A stretch of DNA of 46,520 nucleotides from Octopus bimaculoides. Its lineage: Eukaryota. The stretch covers positions 114,977,834 to 115,024,353 of the forward strand of contig NC_068983.1 in assembly GCF_001194135.2 (NCBI RefSeq), given 5' to 3'. The translations under genes were made by a program, and so were the position numbers. Positions 38,000-46,520 of the stretch are shown one piece after another (the first letter of the stretch is position 1; each line of letters opens with the position of its first letter). The notes under the pieces are model-generated. The model ran no database searches and was not told the origin of the DNA. It was given only the letters and a program-made list of their open reading frames with translations.

Positions 38000-39201
38000 A
38001 GAACAACCAAACTTAGCTTACAGTTAGATTAGTCTCCTTTGCCAAACAATAAAAGTATTATCTATGTTTGTTTCATCAAAGATTAACGTTTGGTTCAGGA
38101 GCTTTTATTTGTAAGACAACTAGAAATAGCTAGAGGAGTCAGTATTTCATGTTTGAGCAATAGATGGGACAGCAGCGATGATAGGTTGTCATCACAGCTT
38201 CATCAGTTTATTGAAAAAGTTATACCTAGCAGATTCACAGTGCACTCTATAATCCTCAGGTAACATCTGGTTGCAAAAGTTTCTATTCCCATTTTAAAAC
38301 AGTTGTTGAATTCTTGCAAGATTTTATTGTTCTTTGTGATGAACCAAGAAACATTGAGCATGGCATTGCTTTTATGGCAGATATATTCACAAAGTTCAAT
38401 GAAGTTAATCTGCAACTGCAAGGAAATGAGGTTAAACCTTGTCAAAGTAAAACCAGCCCTTTCCATGTTTCTGTCCAAGTTACAACTATTCAAATTTAAT
38501 ATAAGCCATCATTACTTCTTCTAGCTTCTGGGTTTCTCTGAATTGGTGAAGGAAAAGAGCATACCAGAAGATGACATTCAAGTGTATTGTTCACACCTGA
38601 ACATGTCTGACAGGTTTCATATTTATTTTTGATTAAAATACCAGTCTGAGTGATTCCCAAATTTCAGTAATGAAGAAACAAGAATAATGGAAGAAAAACG
38701 GGTTTCACTTTAAAATGACATTGAGCTGAGGCCAAAGTTCAAAAGATCATGTCAGGAGGATTTTTGATTGCAAAAGGACCTTTCTGACTGCTACCCTGCA
38801 CTGTGGAACAAAGTCAAGACATACTTTATTGCCTTTGCAACATCACACTTTGTAGAGCAGGGCTTCAGTGCAGTTGCCCAGATTCTTCTTAAGCAAAGAA
38901 ACAGACTGAAAATTATTGAACACAAGGATTTGCTGAGAAGCTGATATCACTGCACAATATACATCCATTGCATTAAAAACATGAAAACAACATAGCTACA
39001 GGTGAGATCTAAATTTACTTTCATATTGTAAAAATGACAAAATAATGGGATAATTAGGTTAAGTTTTATTTGTGAAATACAGTTGCTTTGAATTTGCAGT
39101 AGAAAGAGGTCTATGTTTGTGATGGTGAGTGGGGAAGGGGTGCTAAGAGTGTGACCTGGGTGCCAATGGGGCAGCAGTCCAAAAATGTTTGAGAACCACT
39201 G
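38000..39201 (+). mobile_element. Decayed hAT transposon (Charlie/Buster type), transposase remnant plus right TIR
   Basis: AIDGTAAMIG (DDE aspartate region), TVHSIILR*HLVAK (degenerate CxxH), IAFMADIFTKFNEVNLQLQG, FATSHFVEQGFSAV (hATC dimerisation); terminal TTTGAGAACCACTG at 39188-39201 is the reverse complement of CAGTGGTTCTCAAA. Confidence 0.85.
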
Positions 39202-39809
39202 CTACAAGTAGAAGACTGAAATCAAAACCATGTGGTTGGGAAGTAAACTTTTTAACCTCACAGCCACACTAATAGCAAGTACATTTAACAATATGTAAAT
39301 AGGGTCAAATAAAGTGCAAATGCCCAAATTTACACAACTGAAAGCGGTGGGGTAGGGTTGAAGGAAAAAGAAGTCCTGTAGATAAAGCCACCATATTTAC
39401 TGCCAACCAAATACAGTCATATTCTTCCTGAAACTTTTCTTGTCAACCTGAACTTGTCGCACTATCACATGCATACATTTATGATGTGTAAAAACAGCTT
39501 CAGTGGCTTGGATCTACATAATCGCTCTACTTGCTAGAAACAGCAGTGAAATCTCTTTCAAACTACACCTAATGACTTGAAAAATAGAAAAAAAGGGCAT
39601 ATTGGACAATTTATTCTGAGATAAAATATCTGAAAAGATGGGATAGACCTAGTAGCAATGTCTTTGACCATAGGTTTACTCATCAGGGATAACCTAGGGC
39701 TGAACAACCTAGCGAAAGAACTAGTCTTGACAGTCTCCCTTCCTAACTCCAGCATACTTTTGGATTTGCTGGTTTGTCTCACCTATTCTTCTCTCTGTTC
39801 CTTAATAGC

Positions 39810-40182
39810 TTGGAGGCGCAATGGCCCAGTGGTTAGGGCAGCGGACTCGCGGTTTCGATTCCCAGACAGGGCGTTGTGAGTGTTAATTGAGCGAAAACAC
39901 CTAAAGATCCACGAGGCTCCGGCAGAGGGCGGTAGCGAACCCTACTGTACTCTTTCACCACGACTTTCTCTCACTTTTACTTCCTGTTTCTGTTGTGCCT
40001 GTAATTCAAAGGGTCAGCCTTGTCATACTGTGTCACGCTGAATATCCCCGAGAACTACGTTAAGGGTACACGTGTCTGTGGAGTGCTCAGCCACTTGCAC
40101 GTTAATTTCACGAGCAGGCTATTCCGTTGATCGGATCAACTGGAACCCTCGACGTCGTAAGCGACGGGGTGCCAACAACAAG
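39810..40182 (+). mobile_element. tRNA-derived SINE, family D head with tail type 2
   Basis: GGAGGCGCAATGGCCCAGTGGTTAGG head shared with 18398-18592, then a different tail ...GTGGAGTGCTCAGCCACTTGCACG...GTGCCAACAACAA. Confidence 0.8.
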
Positions 40183-40197
40183 CATTAATAGCCTACT

Positions 40198-40528
40198 CGC
40201 TGTTGTTTTTGTAAATATACTCTGATGCAGATGGTACCATCCTTCGCACCTGGATCTTTTAGTGTAATCATCCATACGCAACATAACCAACTCATAGAGA
40301 TTTGCATGATTTCCATTAAAGAAAGGTGATAAACATGCTCCAGTGCTAAACATAACAACGTAGTCTTCTTTGACAGTATCAAAACAGTCAATACCACACA
40401 CATTATAAGAACAATGTTGGTATACTGAATCTTCTATAGTCATATCCAACAGATAGCAAAACCCTAAAAACCTGTTACAACTGCTTAGCCTCACAATCTC
40501 ATGATCTTCCATGGTGCCCCTATCCTAT
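40198..40528 (-). CDS. Candidate exon of unknown product (MEDHEIVRLSSCNRFLGFCY...EGWYHLHQSIFTKTTA)
   Basis: Over 100 open codons in non-repetitive DNA, Kozak-like GCACCATGG, upstream polypyrimidine tract with AG, possible donor GA|GTAGGC; no recognisable homology. Confidence 0.3.
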
Positions 40529-40635
40529 CGATAATACGACAAAAAAGATACAAAAATGCCTTTCAAAGCAAGGCGGCCTTTTCAAATTTATTATTCAGAA
40601 AACCAGATAGAATTGGTATCTTGCCTGGTTATCTG

Positions 40636-40678
40636 ATGAGTAAAATAAGAGTATTAAGAAAAAGTTCTTCAAACACAG
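40636..40678 (+). CDS. Candidate first coding exon of an unidentified plus-strand gene
   Basis: ATG...MSKIRVLRKSSSNT followed by consensus donor AG|GTAAGT; phase 1 joins 42204. Confidence 0.3.
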
Positions 40679-40847
40679 GTAAGTATGTGGCAAAACGAAA
40701 CTAAGAAGCCGATCGAAAAATATTGTGATCAGGTTTTAGCCACTAGTAACATTATTATATTATAATAGAGAGAATCGAATCGTACACACTTAGTGAAAAT
40801 ACTGAATTTGGTAGGGAAGGGAAATATAAAAGGAATTTACAATTTAC

Positions 40848-40905
40848 CTAAAAGAAGTCCGTCCATATCGAATATGACATGTGTTACAGGCCGGTATTTC
40901 GCCAT
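40848..40905 (-). CDS. PUDP: Exon 1 of pseudouridine-5'-phosphatase (HDHD1/GS1-like HAD hydrolase)
   Basis: ATG at 40905 encodes MAKYRPVTHVIFDMDGLLL then G|GTAAAT (phase 1). This matches HAD motif I and the human PUDP N-terminus (PVTHLIFDMDGLLLD); as I recall, the human gene has an intron at the same position. Confidence 0.88.
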
Positions 40906-41060
40906 CTTCAGTGATAATGTTATCGAGTTATTTTGTAAACATTCACTCCGGATAGTTCCGCTCGCACTGTGTATTCTGCTCGCTGTTACCTGACTTCGAA
41001 GCAAAGCTACACTTAATTTACGAAGAACTGATGTTCCTATAACGTACAGATATATGTTTA
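40890..41060 (-). promoter_or_regulatory. Probable PUDP promoter/5' UTR, possibly bidirectional
   Basis: CpG-retaining unique sequence; YY1-type AAGATGGCG overlaps the start codon; no TSS data available. Confidence 0.4.
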
Positions 41061-41440
41061 ACTTATTTTACAACTTAACATTTGTTTGTTTGATTTTAAC
41101 TTTATTTCGAGGAAATTAACTTTATTTCCTGTTTATACTCAAGTTACTTAAAATTTTGAAGAACTTTCTTTTTTGTTTATACTCTTCAAGTTATTTAAAA
41201 TCTGGTTGATTTAAAAACGCAAATTCGTTTATATCTTTAATTATCGCTTTAAAAATTCTCTAACTAATTAAATACTTTGCGTTTTTATGTATTGTATGTA
41301 TTTTATATATTTATATATGTATTGTTTCCCTTTGATTAAAGGCTGAACTATGGATGCTTCAAAGTGTAGCAATTGTTTAAGAGACGAACTTCCTTATCGA
41401 ATCAGACTGTAGCTATTGATATTTTTATAAGGCCAACAAT

Positions 41441-41718
41441 TACTCTTTTACTCTTTTACTTGTTTCAGTCATTTGACTGGGGCCATGCTGGAGCACCACC
41501 TTTAGTCGAGCAAATCAACCCCGGGACTTATTCTTTGTAAGCCTAGTACTTATTTTATCAGTCTCTTTGCCGAACCGCTAAGTTACGGGGACCTAAACAC
41601 ACCAGAACCGGTTGTCAAGCAATGCTAGGAGGACAAACACAAACACACACACACACACATATTATTATTAATATAATAAAGTATTTTCAATGGATCAGTT
41701 TTGAGCTCTATTTACAGT

Positions 41719-41770
<52 letters not shown>

Positions 41771-41933
41771 GACGGGCTTCTTTCAGTTTCCGTCTACCAG
41801 ATCCACTCACAAGGCTTTGGTCGGCCCGAGGCTATAGTAGAAGACACTTGCCCAAGATGCCACGCCGTGGGACTGAACCCGGAACCATGTGGTTGGTAAG
41901 CAAGCTACTTACCACACCGCTACTCCTGCGCCT
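41441..41933 (-). mobile_element. SINE family A, full length, with AT-rich insert in the microsatellite
   Basis: Reverse complement of 7799-8231; most CpGs intact. Confidence 0.9.
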
Positions 41934-42203
41934 ATAGCTACTTACCACAAATTCGACTGAATTAATCTTAAAATATAACTGGTACCTATTTTAGTATCAA
42001 TCCGATCAAATTTAGATATGGTACCTTATCTTATAAACACAATATGTGTAAAAAGACAAAAATCGCCCGAGTGGATCTGAGCTCAAAATAAATATATCGA
42101 TGTCGCCGATTTACTGGCTCATGGTATTGACTGTTAGATTATATGAGTTAGGGTTATTGGACTACAAGCTCATAATTTGTGTGACTAATCTGTTATTTTG
42201 CAG

Positions 42204-42323
42204 GTGATGAATTTCTGCCAGTTATATCAATTAAAGACCAGATGCGTTCTGGTTTCGGTTTCGTCGAATATTCTCTTCCACCAAAAGTATTCAGCCACAG
42301 TGTTAGAAACTGTTATTTCGTGG
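42204..42323 (+). CDS. Candidate internal exon (GDEFLPVISIKDQMRSGFGFVEYSLPPKVFSHSVRNCYFV)
   Basis: Branch-like ACTAAT plus TTATTTTGCAG| acceptor and G|GTGAGT donor; 120 nt; open in phase 1 (also open in phase 0). Confidence 0.45.
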
Positions 42324-42763
42324 GTGAGTTCCACCAACTTCTAAACACAGCCTAGTGAAATCGACGCAGTTGTTCAACTTTGTTATTAATTTCGCTAGCC
42401 TAACTCGCTAGCCTATAAAATGCTGGACTGCTTTGAAGCGACTGATAGCAACAATAGATGAAATAAAGTAAGGAGGAAATTTCTGTTGGGATTCTAGGAA
42501 ACCAAACTACAATGGCGATCAACGACACGAGGCCGTCTCGATACGGAAAGAGCGTGTGATGTTGTAACCTGTTTAAGTAACGCCAGATAAAGTAAATACA
42601 CAAGGTTCTTTCCAACAAAACATCACTTCATTTAATTAATAGTTGGCAAGGATTTACGCTGTGTTTAAAAGTAACACAACAGTTATTTTTCTGGTAATAC
42701 GTGCAAGTATAACAAAACAAACCCAGTAATAATTATCACTAGTTGTGTGTGTGTGTGTGTGTG

Positions 42764-42799
<36 letters not shown>

Positions 42800-42876
42800 C
42801 GTGCTTTAGCATTGCAATTTAGTGAGATGCTGTAACAGCCTATGCGTCAATATTGTTCGAAATTTCTGAATTATAG

Positions 42877-42963
42877 ACAGAAAGACAATAGTGCACAAAG
42901 ACTTTGCCCACAATTTTGGACAATACAGATTGACAGAGATCTCTGTGACAGAAAGACAGCAAC
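42877..42963 (+). CDS. Candidate internal exon (DRKTIVHKDFAHNFGQYRLTEISVTERQQ)
   Basis: TTATAG| acceptor, C|GTATGA donor, 87 nt, phase 1-1 compatible with 42204-42323. Confidence 0.3.
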
Positions 42964-43794
42964 GTATGACAACCGACTAAGTTCTTACAAACTCTTCTGC
43001 TTGTGGGGAGAAATGAACTCACAGCTTCCTTCGGGTTTTGCTTGAAAAGCGCGGACTGAAGTCTACCGGAAGACAGTTTGGCTATATCACGTGATAGCTG
43101 CAGTAAATTATACAGACTGAAAACATATCTAATTTTGGAAATAGTTTTGTCACACGATAGTTCACATGCGGTCCATTCTGTACAAAAGGCATGGCTAGAA
43201 TAAAATTTTAGGAAGCTTTGATGCATTAGTGTATGTGGCAGCAAAACTATCTTGGGGAGGGCAATGTGTATGGGGTTATAGTAATAACCATGAAGTGATT
43301 ATTACAAGCTGTAGGAATAAATGTGGCAGAAAGCGGGATGTTCTCGAGAGCTGAGGTAATAAGTTAGATATATTTAGAGGCATTGGGTTAGGGATGCATG
43401 GTACAATGTAAGGAAGACAGGTGCAGAAAGGATGGTTGTATTGAAGGATGTGAACAGAAGTGTTATGTAATTTTTTTTCAAAGACTAGTTGCGAAGAGCT
43501 AATTAGTGAGTTAATTGTTGTAGTTTACTGGTGAATAGATCTTTGCCAGTTTGAGAGTTTATTTTGGGAGATAATCAAGGAAGTGTGTAGCAGTTGTACA
43601 TACCCATATATTTTATTATTAATTAGTAAATAGAAGAGAAATATCAATGAATTTTAAGAGACTCTACTGGTGCTCGGTGATATTAATGGTCGGAAGAAAA
43701 CTTTTTAAAAGTCGCCGCATGTACTCTCTCTCCCTCTCCCTTCCCCACTCTCTCTCACACGCACGATACATACATACGTACATACATACATACA

Positions 43795-44068
43795 TGTCTT
43801 CTACTAAAGCTTCTGGGTGAGTGAATTTGGTAGACGGAGACTGTAAGAAGCCTGTCGTATACATATGTGTGTGTGTGTCTGTGTTTGTCCCCCACCGCCG
43901 CTTGACAACAGTTATTGGTTTGTTTATGTCCCTGTAACTTAGCGGTTCGGCAAAAAAGTCAGAATAAGTATCAGGCTTAAGAAAGATAAGTGCTGGGGTC
44001 GGATTCGTTCGATGAAAATTCTTCAACATAGTACCCCAGCATAGCCACAGTCAGCTGACTGAAACATC
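43795..44068 (+). mobile_element. SINE family A, 5'-truncated
   Basis: GTCTTCTACTA...GGTAGACGG...(GT)n...GACTGAAAC homology. Confidence 0.7.
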
Positions 44069-45229
44069 TAAAAAGATTTTTTAAAAATTAAAAAAAGATG
44101 TTCAAATTTGGATTCAGTTTGAGCACAGCAAAGCTGGTTGTGGAGGAAACTCTGCACACAAAGCATTTCAGAAAAGTAAATAATAAATTTAAAAACGAAA
44201 AAAAGTGTTAAATGTGGTTAAATGTGTAGAGATGATAGCTCACGGTAGAGGACTTATGCGTTACCTTCATGGCAAGAGGAGAGTTATCAGTGGAGCTTAG
44301 GTGCAGAGAAGTAGACACACGATAAGTTCTAAGTATTAAGAAAGCAAAATGTAGAATAACAAGAAGAGAAAGGGGCGGAGGAGAAACAAGAGAGGGTAGG
44401 AAGAAAAATAGAGAGGAAAAGGAAAAAGATGAAGTGAAGGATGGAAGAAATGAAGGAATGTATAAAGGCCGACCACGAGAAGTGTTAGGGTAGAAAGGGA
44501 CACTGCAGTAGACTCCTTTGTGGTGGTCTGGACCAGTGTATGAGACTGTACCTTTGCTCATGTAAAGAAGGTGTCAAAGTTTGGCGTAAAAAAAGGAATG
44601 AAAATTTGACATTGAGGTACATATCAAGCACAAGGAAACTATTAAGTATCTGAATCTTTTCTGCTAAGCACAAACTGCATCTCCTGCCGTTGTAGGTATA
44701 AAGTTTGCATTTCTCTAAATAACCTTTCTTTCGTATAATATTTAGAGGCTCTATATGAGGCTGGTGAGTGTAATGATGTTCTGCTGCTCATAGCTCCTAA
44801 ATGATGTAGCGTGATTGTATAAGCGTTTCTTGAAAAGGTCTTCCTTCGATGCAATATAGCACTTTATACTGGATGCATTGTTCGGCCCTTCGAACTACAC
44901 TCGATTATGCATATGCTTACACACCTACATACGTACACGTACAAACATACATGCTTACAAACATACATATGCACATATACACCCACGCCCATCCACACAC
45001 GCATATATATGTATACACACGTGTGTGTGTATGTATGTATGTATATATNNNNNNNNNNNNNNNNNNNNNNNNNNNNNNNNNNNNNNNNNNNNNNNNNNNN
45101 NNNNNNNNNNNNNNNNNNNNNNNNNNNNNNNNNNNNNNNNNNNNNNNNCTCACAGGAATTCCAACTCCGTCTGTTTTTCACGTTTTATTTATATTCTTAT
45201 AATATTAATATAAGATAAAAAATAATATA

Positions 45230-46013
45230 GTAAAAAAAAAAATTAAATGAAGTATTAATTGACTATTCTTATTGAACAAACAGAATATTAAATGTCCATT
45301 CTTATTGAACTAGTATACTTACTTGCATTTAAGCAATCTTCAGGTTCATATGGTGGTGGTGACAGTTGTGATCATTGGTTTCAACTGTGGTTGACTGGTT
45401 AAATTTTGTCCTTTATATACATTCTTGTGGATAGAAGTAGCAGTTGCTTGGCTATTTTTAGAAATGATGCCTTACCATTTTTCAGTGTTTATTTCTAGAA
45501 ATGATGACAGCAGTACTTTTTAGAGATTTTTTATTTTTTTAGATATGAGGATAAGACTTTTAAACCTTAAATAAGATTATTTTTTATCATTGTTTATTAA
45601 GCTTGGGTTTGAATTTATTAATAAAGTCCTTTTTCTCTCAGTTTTCTCTGGATTTCATTCGGATTGTATAGTTTATGAAATGGAAATATTATAAATATTT
45701 TCCGGCCACATATTGCTAGATGGTTACTCAGCGGTATTTGGCGGACTTCTGGATTTCTAATTTGTTGTCGGTGCACACGTGAGCGTTCTGATAGTGCATT
45801 GCCTGTCTGGCCAACATACATTTCTTCCCAATTCGGGCATTTGATGCAGTAGATTAAATTTCTGCTTTTGCAGTTCATATTTGCGTTTGTGAATATTTTC
45901 CCCGTTTTTGTATTCATATATGGGCCGGTATGAATTAATTAGCATGTACCGCATCGGCTATCATTGCATTTAAACACAGCGAATAATTGGTCTTTGTTGC
46001 TAAGGTCAAGCCT
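45230..46013 (-). mobile_element. Penelope-like element 3' part: Zn-finger/GIY-YIG endonuclease remnant plus 3' repeat with hammerhead-like fold
   Basis: KCNDSRCGTC...MNCKSRNLIYCIKCPNWEEMYVGQTGNALSERSRVHRQQI (GIY-YIG: IYCI...YVGQT...R...H); hammerhead-like fold at 45306-45348. Confidence 0.85.
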
Positions 46014-46019
46014 GATGGA

Positions 46020-46368
46020 ACTGAAAGAATATCGGCTCAAACAAAAATACCCGTCACCATTTATGGAAAATGGTATTCAGTGAGCTATGAAAATACCCAC
46101 ACAACAACTGAGACAAGACAAAGAAGAGAAACACAAGAACAAATCATACCATCTATAGTGACGCACAATCCATGCCACCAGAACATCTCCAATATCACCA
46201 AAGCAAACCTACTAATCATTGCTCAAAGTAAGGAATTAAGAGATATCATTACAGACCAAACTATAACTCTCAGTAAAAGACAGCCTAAATGCTTGAAAAA
46301 GTTATTAACAAAGACAAAGTTTGACGTTAGCAGCAAAGACCAACCATTCACTGTGTCTAAATGCAATG
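46020..46368 (+). mobile_element. Inverted upstream segment of the same Penelope-like element (RT-endonuclease linker)
   Basis: IPSIVTHNP...SKRQPKCLKKLLTKTKF...VSKCN is the typical PLE linker; its last 52 nt duplicate 45962-46013 in inverted orientation. Confidence 0.75.
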
Positions 46369-46520
46369 TATGTATAATTAAGGGTATCTAAAGATATAAT
46401 TAAGGGTATCCATGCTAGATATAGCAGCCAAAACTTGACTCTAAAACCACATTAATGTTCATACAGCACCAGGAGAAAAGAGAAAGAGACAAAATAAACT
46501 AGCAAAAAAAAAAAAAAAAA

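Noticed and set aside
40893-40912. CTGAAGA...GAAA on the minus strand as a hammerhead
   Set aside because: No stem II or stem I pairing; it is the PUDP start-codon region.
42840-43244. 134-aa minus-strand ORF as a standalone gene
   Set aside because: No recognisable domain, and it overlaps a competing plus-strand exon candidate; left unresolved.
643-45218. Dozens of ORFs with CVCVCV, HTHTHT, YIYIYI, ERERER or X-runs
   Set aside because: They are translations of microsatellites, N-gaps and SINE bodies, not genes.
1-46520. CRISPR array, prokaryotic operon or viral insertion
   Set aside because: No regularly spaced repeat-spacer units, no long intronless ORFs and no viral hallmark motifs were seen.

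Overview
Repeat-dense, AT-rich animal genomic DNA from a gapped draft assembly (eight N-runs). The repeat families look cephalopod, probably Octopus; this is inferred from the SINE/RTE/Penelope repertoire, not from a database search. Most of the window is microsatellites, tRNA-derived SINEs of several modular families, RTE LINE fragments, two Penelope-like retroelement (PLE) insertions, a decayed hAT transposon, MITEs and an ORF1-only LINE-like element. The only confidently recognised host coding sequence is the first exon of a HAD-family pseudouridine-5'-phosphatase (PUDP/HDHD1-like) on the minus strand at 40848-40905; I could not find its later exons. A weaker candidate spliced gene runs antisense to it. 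The most unusual signal is a 2.25 kb PLE insertion with a 12-bp target-site duplication, whose inverted terminal repeats combine a tRNA-like Pol III head, a microsatellite and a minimal hammerhead ribozyme fold. Four further unrelated repeats also carry minimal type I hammerhead-like folds. Almost all ORFs in the supplied track are microsatellite, N-gap or SINE artefacts.
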